Below, in pieces: positions 46,574 through 55,287 of a stretch of DNA of 64,000 bases. Numbering within the stretch: the first letter of the stretch is position 1; every line of letters begins with the position of its first letter. The translations under genes and the position numbers were made by a program. The stretch is from Solirubrobacterales bacterium (GTDB taxonomy: Bacteria > Actinomycetota > Thermoleophilia > Solirubrobacterales > 70-9): contig JAWVFH010000010.1 in assembly GCA_033856255.1 (NCBI GenBank), positions 8,984 through 72,983 of the forward strand. Reading direction: 5' to 3'. The notes under the pieces are model-generated. The model was not told the DNA's origin and did not search any database. It was given only the letters and a program-made list of their open reading frames with translations.

Positions 46574-46843
46574 TCAACGGATGGCGTCCGGGGGGATGCG
46601 GGCCACCGCGAGGTCGACTCGCGCCCTCGATCCGGGCCGGAAGGGGACGCCCTCGGCCGCCAGCCGGACGCGCTGCGGCTCGCCGGCGGCCAGTGAGCCG
46701 TCGGCGCGTACGACGCGCCACCAGGGAAGTCCGACCGCGTCGGTCTTGCGGAGCACCTGACCGGTGAGGCGCGGCGCTCCGGGCGAGACGTCGCCGTAGG
46801 TGCGCACGAACCCCTCCGGGATCGCCCGGACCGCAGCGAGAAT
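46574..46843 (-). CDS. alkyltransferase-like (ATL) protein: MGMT DNA-binding domain with Trp in place of the acceptor Cys
   Basis: ORF track gives 46574..46807 from a GTG. In-frame upstream codons encode SILAAVRAIPEGF, which belongs to the domain. No ATG/GTG/TTG is available. An ATT at 46843 follows GAGG by 5 nt. The motif is LPWWRVV instead of PCHRVV. Confidence 0.6.
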   Translation of the reverse strand: MLAAVRAIPEGFVRTYGDVSPGAPRLTGQVLRKTDAVGLPWWRVVRADGSLAAGEPQRVRLAAEGVPFRPGSRARVDLAVARIPPDAIR

Positions 46844-46850
46844 GCTGGCC

Positions 46851-47027
46851 TCAGCTTGGCTCGTCGGAGCCCTCGGCTTCGGTCGCCTCGATCGCCGCCT
46901 CCCGCCGCTCGCGCCGCATCGAGGCGACGATCGAGCCGAGGACGACGATCACCGGAACCGCGTAGAGGATCCAGAACGCCCAGTGGCCCGCGTGGGCGAT
47001 CGGCAGCACCGACCCGCCGCCGGTCAC
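46851..47027 (-). CDS. small membrane protein (58 aa)
   Basis: Protein-like tail of ORF 46851..47657 (VTGGGSVLPIAHAGHWAFWILYAVPVIVVLGSIVASM...). GTG 47027 overlaps the stop of the Fur-family gene (GTGA). Confidence 0.5.
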   Translation of the reverse strand: MTGGGSVLPIAHAGHWAFWILYAVPVIVVLGSIVASMRRERREAAIEATEAEGSDEPS

Positions 47028-47500
47028 GGCGCCGGCGCGCAATCCGGGCAACCGCCGCGAAGCACGACCTCGTGGTCGCCGACGGTGTACTCCATCCGCC
47101 CGGCGAGCCGCTTGATCGCTCGTTCCAGCCCGGGGTCCTCGAAAGGGGTCACCCGCCCGCACTCGTCGCAGACGAAATGGTGGTGATGGTGGTCCCCGGA
47201 GGGCATCGCCGGCTCGTACAGGCCGGGCTCGGATCCCATCTCCAGCCGTTGAACCAGGCGCAGATCGGTGAGCAGCTCGAGCGTGCGGTAGACGGTGGCG
47301 ATCCCGACAGGGTCGCCCTGCGCGCGCAGCTGCTCGGAGATCTCGCGGGCACTGACCACGCATTGCTGCCTGCCGAGCAGCTCGATCACCGCCGCGCGCC
47401 TGGTGCTCGCGCGATGGCCCGAGCGGCTCAGCTCTGCACTCGCCAGCTCGGTCCAGAGGTCGGCGGGCGGGGAGGGAACCTGGGTGTCGTCTGCGGTCAT
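47024..47500 (-). CDS. Fur-family metalloregulator (probable Zur)
   Basis: ORF 47024..47527, with ATG 47500 preferred (GAGG upstream). wHTH ATVYRTLELL, GDHHHHHFVCDECG ... GGCPDC. Divergent from a metal ABC importer. Confidence 0.85.
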   Translation of the reverse strand: MTADDTQVPSPPADLWTELASAELSRSGHRASTRRAAVIELLGRQQCVVSAREISEQLRAQGDPVGIATVYRTLELLTDLRLVQRLEMGSEPGLYEPAMPSGDHHHHHFVCDECGRVTPFEDPGLERAIKRLAGRMEYTVGDHEVVLRGGCPDCAPAP

Positions 47501-47525
47501 CGTTGCCTCGGGCGCCTCGCCAGTC

Positions 47526-47556
47526 AATAAAGTAACCGAGACTCGTTTTCAGTTTA
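47526..47556. promoter_or_regulatory. candidate Fur/Zur operator
   Basis: This is the AT-richest segment of the window: AATAAAGTAACCGAGACTCGTTTTCAGTTTA. It is an imperfect palindrome centred on CGAGACTCG and contains a TGAAAAC half-site on the minus strand. It sits between the regulator and the permease gene. Confidence 0.45.
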
Positions 47557-47571
47557 CAGCGACCCGCCGCC

Positions 47572-48396
47572 GTGTTCGACGCCTTCCAACTCCCCTTCAT
47601 GCAGCGCGGCGCGCTCGAGGTTGCCCTGCTGGCGCCGATCGCCGCCGTCCTCGGCACGCAGATCGTCCTCCGCCACCTCTCGTTCTATACCCACGGGGTC
47701 GGCACCGCGACCTTTCCCGGGCTCGTGGTCGCCGGCCCGATCGGGATCTCGCCGACCGTCTGCGCGCTCGCGGTCGCGGCCCTCTTCGCCACCGGCCTCA
47801 CCCGGCTCGCCCGCTCGGCGCGGATCGCCTTCGACGCGGCGACGGCGCTGCTGCTGGTCGCCGCCCTCAGCGTCGGGATCATCCTCGCCAGCGACGTCTA
47901 TCACTCCGGCAGCGAGGTCGACCAGCTGCTGTTCGGCAGCCTGCTGGCGATCGGCGATCGGGAGCTGGTCGTCACCGCGATCACCCTTTTGATCACGCTG
48001 CTCGCCGCGGCGGCGCTGCGACGCGCCTGGCTGGCGAGCGGATTCGAGCCGGCCTCGAGCCGCGCTCTCGGCCTGCCGGTGCTGACCGCCGACTGGGCGC
48101 TGATCGCGCTGATCGGGCTCGCCGTCGTGGCCTCGCTCGACGCCGTCGGCGCGCTGCTCGTCGGCGCGATCCTGGTGATCCCGGCGGCAACCGCGCGGCT
48201 GTTCGCCCGCAGCGTGGGCGAGCTCGAGCTTGCCACCGGAGCGATCGCGCTGATCGAGGGGCTGGTCGGCCTCGCCGTCGCCTACGAGCTCGACGTCCCC
48301 CCCGGGGCCGCGATCGCCGTCCTCGGCGGCACCGGATTCGCGATCGGGGCCATCGCCCGGGCGCCGATGGTGCGAATCGTCGCGAGGGCTCGGTGA
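47572..48396 (+). CDS. metal (Zn/Mn-type) ABC transporter permease, ABC-3 family
   Basis: ORF track, 274 aa, multi-helix, with typical ZnuB/MntB-like sequence. Confidence 0.88.
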   Translation: MFDAFQLPFMQRGALEVALLAPIAAVLGTQIVLRHLSFYTHGVGTATFPGLVVAGPIGISPTVCALAVAALFATGLTRLARSARIAFDAATALLLVAALSVGIILASDVYHSGSEVDQLLFGSLLAIGDRELVVTAITLLITLLAAAALRRAWLASGFEPASSRALGLPVLTADWALIALIGLAVVASLDAVGALLVGAILVIPAATARLFARSVGELELATGAIALIEGLVGLAVAYELDVPPGAAIAVLGGTGFAIGAIARAPMVRIVARAR

Positions 48397-49139
48397 CCGC
48401 CCCCGGACCGCTGATCGAGGCCTCCGGCTTCGCCGGCGGCTACGCCCCGGGCGAGTACGCGATCACCGGGGTCGAGTTCAGCGTCGCCCCGGGCCGGCTC
48501 GTCGCCGTGCTCGGACCCAACGGGGGCGGCAAGACGACCCTCTTTCGCGCCCTACTGGGCGAGCTCCCGGTTGCCACCGGGACGATCCGCTGCCGCGGGG
48601 CCGTCGCCTACGTTCCCCAAACCGAGCGGGCGCGACTCGATTATCCGGTCAGCGCGCTCGACGTCGCCCTGATGGGCACCTACGCCACCGTTCCCTGGCA
48701 CCGGCGGATCGGCGCCGCCGAGCGCGACGCCGCGCGCTCCGCGCTCGATCGGGTCGGGCTTGCCGAACACGCGGGCAGGTCGTTCGGCGAGCTCTCGGGA
48801 GGCCAGCGGCAGCGGGTCCTGATCGCCCGGGCGCTCGCTCAGGAGGCCCCGATCCTGCTGCTCGACGAACCGCTGAGCGGCGTCGATCGCCCATCCGAGG
48901 CCCTGATCCTGGCCGTGCTCGACGAGCTGCGCGCGGAAGGCCGGGCGGTGCTGATCGCGACCCACGACATCACCCAGGCACAGGCCTTCGACGCGGTGAT
49001 CTGCCTCAATCGGGCTCAGATTGCGTTCGGGCCGCCATCCGCGGCGCTTCACCGGGAGACCCTCGAGCGCACCTACGGAGCGGAGCTCGTCGTCGTCGAC
49101 GGCGAACGGGCCGTGGTCGTCGATCACCACTCTCACTGA
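48393..49139 (+). CDS. metal ABC transporter ATP-binding protein (ZnuC-like)
   Basis: Part of ORF 47295..49139 from GTG 48393, which overlaps the permease stop. GPNGGGKTT, LSGGQRQR, LLLDEP. His-rich end DHHSH. Confidence 0.88.
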   Translation: MTAPGPLIEASGFAGGYAPGEYAITGVEFSVAPGRLVAVLGPNGGGKTTLFRALLGELPVATGTIRCRGAVAYVPQTERARLDYPVSALDVALMGTYATVPWHRRIGAAERDAARSALDRVGLAEHAGRSFGELSGGQRQRVLIARALAQEAPILLLDEPLSGVDRPSEALILAVLDELRAEGRAVLIATHDITQAQAFDAVICLNRAQIAFGPPSAALHRETLERTYGAELVVVDGERAVVVDHHSH

Positions 49140-50011
49140 TGGACGCCGTCGCCAACGCCCTCCTGGACCCCTTCCGCGACGGGATCGGCCAGCGAGCGCT
49201 GCTCGAGGTCCTGATCCTGAGCGCGGTCTGCGGTCCGCTCGGGGTCTGGATCGTGCTTTACCGACAGAGCTATGCGGCCGAATCGATCTCGCATGCCGCG
49301 CTGCCCGGTCTCGTGCTCGCGTCGGTGACCGCGATCCCGCTCGGCGTCGGCGCCGCCGCCGGCCTGGCCGTCGCGTCGATCTGCGTCGCCGCCGCGACGC
49401 GAATCCGCTCCATCTCGGCAGACGTTGCCGTCGCCGTCACGGTCACGGCGCTGTTCGGCCTCGGGACGCTGCTCGCGCTCTCGCCCTCGGTCCCGCCCCG
49501 CCTCGGTGAGCTGCTGTTCGGGGATCCGCTCAGCGTCTCCGGCTCCGACCTCGCCGCTTCGGCGGCGCTGGCGGCGCTCGTCGTGATCGCGCTCGCGATC
49601 CTCCATCGCCCGCTGACGCTGGTCGGCTTCGACCCGCAGACCGCACCGAGTCTCGGCGCTCGCCCGGCGGGCGTCGAGACCGCGCTGCTGCTGCTGCTCG
49701 CGCTGACGATCCTGGTCGCGATCCAGGCCTTGGGCAACCTGCTGGTGGTGGCGATCCTGATCTCTCCGGCAGCGACAGCGCTGCGCGCTGGGCGCGGCCT
49801 GCGCAGCGCGCTGGCGCTCTCGGCCGGGATCGCAGCGGCCTGCGGCATCGCCGGCCTCTACGCGAGCTACTACCTCGACACGGCCGCCGGCGCCTCGATC
49901 GCGCTGGCGATGGTCGTGGCATTCGCACTCACGCTGCCGTTCGAGCGCACCGCCTCGACCGCTCGGCGCCCGCCGCGCTCTCCCGTCGAGGCGCTCGGCG
50001 GCGGCCGCTGA
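49139..50011 (+). CDS. second metal ABC transporter permease, ABC-3 family
   Basis: ORF track, 290 aa. ATG overlaps the upstream stop. Confidence 0.88.
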   Translation: MDAVANALLDPFRDGIGQRALLEVLILSAVCGPLGVWIVLYRQSYAAESISHAALPGLVLASVTAIPLGVGAAAGLAVASICVAAATRIRSISADVAVAVTVTALFGLGTLLALSPSVPPRLGELLFGDPLSVSGSDLAASAALAALVVIALAILHRPLTLVGFDPQTAPSLGARPAGVETALLLLLALTILVAIQALGNLLVVAILISPAATALRAGRGLRSALALSAGIAAACGIAGLYASYYLDTAAGASIALAMVVAFALTLPFERTASTARRPPRSPVEALGGGR

Positions 50012-50057
50012 GCCCCGTCGGCGCAGCGGTCCGCACCACGGGCTAAGGTTCCCAATA

Positions 50058-50990
50058 ATGCGACTGATTATCGCTTTGGCTGTGGCCCTCGCCCTCGCGG
50101 CGATCGCGGGAGGCTGTCGCGACGCGGGGTCCGAGCAGGGAGTGCAGGTCGTGGCCTCGACAACCCAGGTCGCGGACATCACCCGCAACGTCGCCGGCAG
50201 CCGCGCCGAGGTCAGCGGGATCCTGACCCCGAACGCCGACCCTCACGAGTACGAGCCCCGTCCCAGCGATGCCGAGGCCGTCGCCGGCGCCGACCTGATC
50301 CTCAAGTCCGGCGGCGACCTGGACGCCTGGCTCGATCAGGTGATCGAGAGCTCGGGCTCAGACGCCCCGGTGGTGACCCTGATCGACGCGATGCCGACGC
50401 TCACGGCGGAGGAGAACGGCCAGACGGAGACCGACCCGCACTGGTGGCAGGACCCGCGCAACGCCGTGATCGCGGTCGGGGAGATCCGCGACGCCCTGAC
50501 CGAGGCCGACCCCGGCGGGGCCGCCGAGTACAAAGCCAACGCTGCGGCGTACATCGCCTCAATCGAGCGGCTCGACGGCCAGATCGCAGGCTGCATCGAC
50601 CGGGTCCAGGAATCGGAGCGCAAGCTGGTGACCAGCCACGACGCTCTCAGCTACTACGCGAAGCGTTACGGGATCGAGGTGATCGGCGCGGCGATCCCGG
50701 GACTATCAACCCAAGCGCAGGCCTCCGCGGGAGAGACCGCCGACCTGATCGACCTGATCAATCGCGAGAACGTGAACGCGATCTTCGCCGAGGCCGGCGT
50801 CAGCCAGAGCCTCGAGCAGGCGATCGCCGGCGAAACCGGCGCCACCGTCGGCGGCCAGCTGTGGGCGGACGCGCTCGGCCCGGCGGGTTCGAGCGGCGCC
50901 ACCTATCTGCAGGCGCTGGCGGCGAACACCGAAACGATGGTCGACGGGTTCACGGCCGGCCAGGTCGACTGCCGGATCCCGCTCGACTGA
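50058..50990 (+). CDS. metal-binding lipoprotein of ABC importer (ZnuA/TroA-like)
   Basis: ORF track, 310 aa. Lipobox IAGGC. DPHEYEP and DPHWWQDP metal-ligand motifs. Confidence 0.88.
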   Translation: MRLIIALAVALALAAIAGGCRDAGSEQGVQVVASTTQVADITRNVAGSRAEVSGILTPNADPHEYEPRPSDAEAVAGADLILKSGGDLDAWLDQVIESSGSDAPVVTLIDAMPTLTAEENGQTETDPHWWQDPRNAVIAVGEIRDALTEADPGGAAEYKANAAAYIASIERLDGQIAGCIDRVQESERKLVTSHDALSYYAKRYGIEVIGAAIPGLSTQAQASAGETADLIDLINRENVNAIFAEAGVSQSLEQAIAGETGATVGGQLWADALGPAGSSGATYLQALAANTETMVDGFTAGQVDCRIPLD

Positions 50991-51017
50991 GTCCGCTCGG
51001 GCATCTAGGCTGCGCCC

Positions 51018-51950
51018 GTGGCAGGGCGTCCAGTCATCCGCGTCCTCGCAATCGTCACCGGGCTCGGAGTCGCGTTGCTCGGGCCGTCCGCGTGCAACGA
51101 AAGCCAGGACGACGGTGGCGCCGTCGGATCCGCGGTCGTGACCGCGCCGGACACACCCACCGGCGGCGCCCTCGCGTCCGAGCCGAGCCCGCTCGCGCGG
51201 CGGATCCTCGACCGGCAGCTGCTGGCGGAGTATCGCCGCGTCGGCACGCAGATCGGCGTCTCGTGGCCGGTCCTGGCCGCCGTGGATTACGTCGAGGGCG
51301 GCTCTCAGCGACACAGCTCCGCACGCAGCACGGAGAATCGGATCCTCGCGATCGCCTACACGTTGCAGGCCCTCAACGGGCCTGCCAGCTACGAGGCCGC
51401 GCTCGCCGAGCGCGGCGGCGAACGCTATGCGCGCCGCGTCCTCGCCCTCGCCCAGCGGCTGCACTCCGTCGACGCGTCCGCGCCACCGAGCGCCCATCTG
51501 CCGCTGGCCGCCCCGGCCGCGGGGCCGGTGATCGCCGGTTACGGCCAGCGCTACGGGGTCCTCCACGACGGCATAGACATCGACGCTGCCACCGGGGCAC
51601 CGTTGCGCGCCGCGGCCACCGGGCTCGTGGTCAGCGTGAGCGACCACCCGATCTTCGGTCTCTATACGTGCATCGCCCACCGGATAACCGGCGGGCCGGG
51701 TCCCCGTGAGCTGACCACCTGTTACGGCAACCAGAGCCGTACGCTGGTCGAGCCCGGCGACGTCGTCCGCGAGGGCCAGCTGATCGGCCGGATCGGCTGC
51801 ACCGGCACGTGCCTGCGCCCCCACGTTCACTTCCAGGTCCGCCTGGGCGGCGACGACACGGCGCCGGCCGTCGATCCGGCGCCCTACCTCGCCCCAGCGC
51901 TGAGGGCGCAGGCCGATACGTCGGGGCAGCCGCTTGAGGCGCAGCCTTGA
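51018..51950 (+). CDS. M23-family (LytM-type) metallopeptidase lipoprotein
   Basis: ORF track, 310 aa. HDGIDI and PHVHFQV zinc motifs. N-terminal signal with Cys. Confidence 0.85.
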   Translation: MAGRPVIRVLAIVTGLGVALLGPSACNESQDDGGAVGSAVVTAPDTPTGGALASEPSPLARRILDRQLLAEYRRVGTQIGVSWPVLAAVDYVEGGSQRHSSARSTENRILAIAYTLQALNGPASYEAALAERGGERYARRVLALAQRLHSVDASAPPSAHLPLAAPAAGPVIAGYGQRYGVLHDGIDIDAATGAPLRAAATGLVVSVSDHPIFGLYTCIAHRITGGPGPRELTTCYGNQSRTLVEPGDVVREGQLIGRIGCTGTCLRPHVHFQVRLGGDDTAPAVDPAPYLAPALRAQADTSGQPLEAQP

Positions 51951-52378
51951 AACCCGAAGCGATCCTGGCGATCGTCCTCGCCACCCTCGTCGGCTGTGGA
52001 TCCGACGGCGGCGGCCAGACCTATTCGGCGGCGAGCTTCGTCAAGGCCGCCAACGCCGAGGATGCGGGTCTCGAGCTGGGCGAACCGCTCCCGTTCCCGC
52101 GCCAGGGAACGCTCGAGGTCCGCGTCCTGCGCTTCACAGGCACCGGCGCGGCGCCGACGACTCCCGGCGCGGCGCCGCCGCCCGACGTCCACGGCTCGGG
52201 AACGGCCTCGGTATTTAGCGACGATGCGGCCGCGACCGGCGAGTACGAGCGCTGCCGGGCGGGCGGCCTAATCTGCCTGCGAGCAGCGAACGTCGCCCTC
52301 GAGTTCTCCGGCGACGTGGCGCCGGCAGATCTCGATCGGCTCAGCGCCGCGTTGGAAGCCCTGGCGGCCGCCGGCTAG
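51947..52378 (+). CDS. lipoprotein, unknown function
   Basis: ORF track, 143 aa. Lipobox LVGCGS. TTG start overlaps the M23 gene stop. Confidence 0.65.
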   Translation: MKPEAILAIVLATLVGCGSDGGGQTYSAASFVKAANAEDAGLELGEPLPFPRQGTLEVRVLRFTGTGAAPTTPGAAPPPDVHGSGTASVFSDDAAATGEYERCRAGGLICLRAANVALEFSGDVAPADLDRLSAALEALAAAG

Positions 52379-52455
52379 CCTTTTTCCGCCTCACCCGCGC
52401 CTACTCTCGACCCCGTGAGGCGCAGCCGAACCCCGCCGCCGTTGAGGCGGCTGAT

Positions 52456-53664
52456 GTGACTGAGCGGCCGGCCCGCTCGGGGACAAAGCGTCTGTTCGCC
52501 GCGATCCTGATCGGTCTGACGATCGCCACCGTTGTGGCGATCGTCCTCCTCTGGCCCGGAGAGCGCAAGAGCGTGCTCAGCGCCGGGCTGACCGCGCCGA
52601 CCGAGCGCGCCGAGGTCACGGAGGTGATCTCCGACCCCTGTCCCCCGCCTCAGCCCGGCACGTGCGTGACCGCCCGCGCGCGACTCGAGACCGGCCCCGA
52701 CGAGGGCGTCACGGTCACCCTGCCCGTCGGCTCCGGCCCGCTGCTTCCCGATCTCGGGGTCGGCGACGAGATCCGCGTCTCGAAGGCGATCCTCCCTCCG
52801 GGGACTCCGTCGGGCACAGGGGCATTGCCGAGCGCGGCCCCGCAGTACAACCTCACCGATTTCGAGCGGCGATCGCCGATGCTGTGGCTGTTCCTGCTCT
52901 TCGCCGCCCTCGTGATCGCGTTCGGGCGCCTGCGCGGGGCGCTCTCGCTGGTCGGCCTGGCCGCGAGCCTGGTGGTGGTGATCCTCTTCATCGTCCCGGC
53001 GATCCTCGACGGCAGCGCGCCGCTTGCGGTCGCGCTGGTCGGGTCGATGGCGGTGATGCTGGTGACGATCTCGCTCGCCCACGGGGTCGGGCCGAAGAGC
53101 GTCGCGGCGATGCTGGGGACGGCCTTCAGCCTCATCCTCGTCGCCCTGCTGGCGCTCCTGTTCACCAACCTCACCCACCTGACGGGGCTCGCGGGGGGTG
53201 ACGAGTCAGCGCTCGTGCAACTCGGCGCGGCCTCGATCTCGTTCAAGGGGCTGCTGCTCGCGGGCATGCTGATCGGCGCCCTCGGGGTGCTCGACGACGT
53301 CACAGTGACCCAAGCCTCGACGGTGCTGGCGCTGCGAGCGGCGAACCCCGACCTGCGGTTCCGGGAGCTCTACCGGCGCGCGATCGAGGTCGGCCGCGAC
53401 CACGTCTCGGCGACCGTCAACACCCTGGTGCTCGCCTACGTCGGCACCTCGCTGCCGGTGCTACTGATCTTCGGCTCCGGCGGGATCGGGTTCTTCGACG
53501 CCGTCAACGTCGAGCTCGTCGCACAAGAGGTCGTCGGGACGCTGGTCGGCTCGATCGGACTGGTCGCGGCGGTGCCAATCACCACGGCCCTTGCGGCGAC
53601 CCTTGCGACCCATGTCCCGGCCGACGAGCTGGCGGCCGACGCCGCGCACGCGCACGCGCACTAG
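52456..53664 (+). CDS. YibE/F-family membrane protein
   Basis: ORF track, 402 aa. N-terminal helix plus an extracytoplasmic domain, then about 7 helices containing GVLDDVTVTQAS. C-terminal AHAHAH. Confidence 0.8.
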   Translation: MTERPARSGTKRLFAAILIGLTIATVVAIVLLWPGERKSVLSAGLTAPTERAEVTEVISDPCPPPQPGTCVTARARLETGPDEGVTVTLPVGSGPLLPDLGVGDEIRVSKAILPPGTPSGTGALPSAAPQYNLTDFERRSPMLWLFLLFAALVIAFGRLRGALSLVGLAASLVVVILFIVPAILDGSAPLAVALVGSMAVMLVTISLAHGVGPKSVAAMLGTAFSLILVALLALLFTNLTHLTGLAGGDESALVQLGAASISFKGLLLAGMLIGALGVLDDVTVTQASTVLALRAANPDLRFRELYRRAIEVGRDHVSATVNTLVLAYVGTSLPVLLIFGSGGIGFFDAVNVELVAQEVVGTLVGSIGLVAAVPITTALAATLATHVPADELAADAAHAHAH

Positions 53665-53671
53665 GCGTCGC

Positions 53672-53851
53672 TCAGCCCGATCCGCCGAGCCCGACCCCGG
53701 AGGCGACCACCGCGAGGGTGAGGAGGCCGATCGTGATCGCGCGCAGGCGCACGGGGGTGAGCCAGGAGCCGGCGTGCAGCCGCAGCCAGGCGCGGATCCC
53801 CGACGCCGATCCCACCGCCACGGTCGCCGTCGCCGCGCACTGCATGCACAT
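53672..53851 (-). CDS. small membrane protein (59 aa) beginning MCMQC
   Basis: Below the ORF-track size cut-off, so translated manually: MCMQCAATATVAVGSASGIRAWLRLHAGSWLTPVRLRAITIGLLTLAVVASGVGLGGSG. AGGAG lies 12 nt ahead of the ATG. GC3-rich. Starts 21 nt after the stop of 53873..55285. Confidence 0.5.
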   Translation of the reverse strand: MCMQCAATATVAVGSASGIRAWLRLHAGSWLTPVRLRAITIGLLTLAVVASGVGLGGSG

Positions 53852-53872
53852 GGCTCCAGCGTACTCCTGGAC

Positions 53873-55285
53873 CTAGCCGTTCGACTGCGAGAGCAGGAAG
53901 AGGCCGAGCGACGTGAAGCCGACCATCAGAGCCAGCATCCAGTACTGCGAGCGGGTCGCCAGGCGGGTGTCGCCGTAGATCTTCAGCGCCCGGTCGTGCC
54001 CGAGCACGAGCGCGGTCACGTGGCCGGCGATCAGTGCCCCGACCTGGACGTACCAGATCGCGTTGGCGCTGATCGCGCCGTAGTCGATCCCGTGATTGGC
54101 GGTGCCGAAGATGTTGGAGCCGTCGCCCAGCGGGTCGGAGAGCAGGAAGCTGAACTGCGCCTGTTCCTGGAAGACGACGAGGCTGAAGTAGTGCGCGACC
54201 AGGTAGGCGAGCGCGATCGGGATGAAGGCGTGCGCGAACAACCGCCCGAGCTCGAGCGTGCTGAGCTTGGTGCGAACCGTGTGCATGCCGTAGATCCCGG
54301 CCCAGTAGAGGCCGCAGACGAGGGAGAGCGAGAGCACGAGGAAGATCGAGTTGGAGATCCGCAGCGACGCCAGCGGCCCGACGCCGAGGTCGGTGAACCA
54401 TCCCTCGACCGTGCGGATCGGGCTCGCCAGCGTTCCCTCGCCGGCGCCGTCGAAGGTGGTTGCGCCGATCGTGAAGAGGACGAGCGCGATCGACCCCGGG
54501 GCCTCGGCGACCCACGTGGTGGTCGCCGAGAGCATGCGCCTGAGCCCGAGCTTGCGCTCGCGCACCTCGAAGGCCGAGAGGGTCGAGAACATGTGGAAGT
54601 AGACCGAGAAGGTCTCGCCGCGCTCGAGCCATTTCTCGCTCCCGAACAGGGTCATGGCGACGAACGTGTAGGCGCTGTAGGCGAGCACTGCGACGGCGAC
54701 CGTGTGCGGTGTCAGGCCGACCGTCTGGAATCCCCCCTGACCGTAGACGAGCTCGAGCCAGACCACCGCGACCAGCCCGAACGCCGCCGGCCAGCGCCCG
54801 AGGCGCTCGGGGTAGGCGAGCGGCGCCGGCGCCGACTGGCCGGCGATCAGCTTGAACAGGCCGCCGACGACCCGGGCGATCGCCCGCCAGGGATTGAAGG
54901 CTCGAAAGACGTCGCCGAAGGCGACGCTGAGGACGACGAAGCCGAGCCAGACGGTGACGTAGGCGAAGGTGACGGCGAAGTTGCGGTCGGGCGCCTCGGT
55001 GCCGTTCAGGCCCGACCAGATCGTGACCCCGAGCAGGAAGACCGAGAACGCTCCGCAGGCGACCTCCACCCCGCGGTTCACCAGCGCCCGCGAGATCCAC
55101 GGGCGGACTGCCCGCCAGCCGGCCTCCTCGAAGCGGGTCTGATGCCAGGCGACCGAGAGGGCGAAGAAGGAGACGATCAGCACCGCCGAGGCGGCCCAGG
55201 CGAACAGCCACTCCGGGATCGGCAGGTCCTGGCGCCCGACGAGCGCGTGCCCGACGACCTCGAGGGGGGCGAGCAGCCCTGCCAA
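53873..55285 (-). CDS. polytopic membrane protein (about 12 helices), unknown function
   Basis: ORF track, 470 aa with clearly protein-like hydrophobic periodicity. TTG start lies 2 nt after the upstream stop. Confidence 0.8.
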   Translation of the reverse strand: MAGLLAPLEVVGHALVGRQDLPIPEWLFAWAASAVLIVSFFALSVAWHQTRFEEAGWRAVRPWISRALVNRGVEVACGAFSVFLLGVTIWSGLNGTEAPDRNFAVTFAYVTVWLGFVVLSVAFGDVFRAFNPWRAIARVVGGLFKLIAGQSAPAPLAYPERLGRWPAAFGLVAVVWLELVYGQGGFQTVGLTPHTVAVAVLAYSAYTFVAMTLFGSEKWLERGETFSVYFHMFSTLSAFEVRERKLGLRRMLSATTTWVAEAPGSIALVLFTIGATTFDGAGEGTLASPIRTVEGWFTDLGVGPLASLRISNSIFLVLSLSLVCGLYWAGIYGMHTVRTKLSTLELGRLFAHAFIPIALAYLVAHYFSLVVFQEQAQFSFLLSDPLGDGSNIFGTANHGIDYGAISANAIWYVQVGALIAGHVTALVLGHDRALKIYGDTRLATRSQYWMLALMVGFTSLGLFLLSQSNG

Positions 55286-55287
55286 GC

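Noticed and set aside
52379-52455. Short inverted repeats (CCTCAC...GTGAGG and GCCGCC-GTTGA-GGCGGC) just upstream of the YibE/F gene were considered as a riboswitch or attenuator.
   Set aside because: The stems are only 6 bp, in a 77-nt spacer with no recognisable conserved motif. This is insufficient evidence for a structured regulatory RNA.
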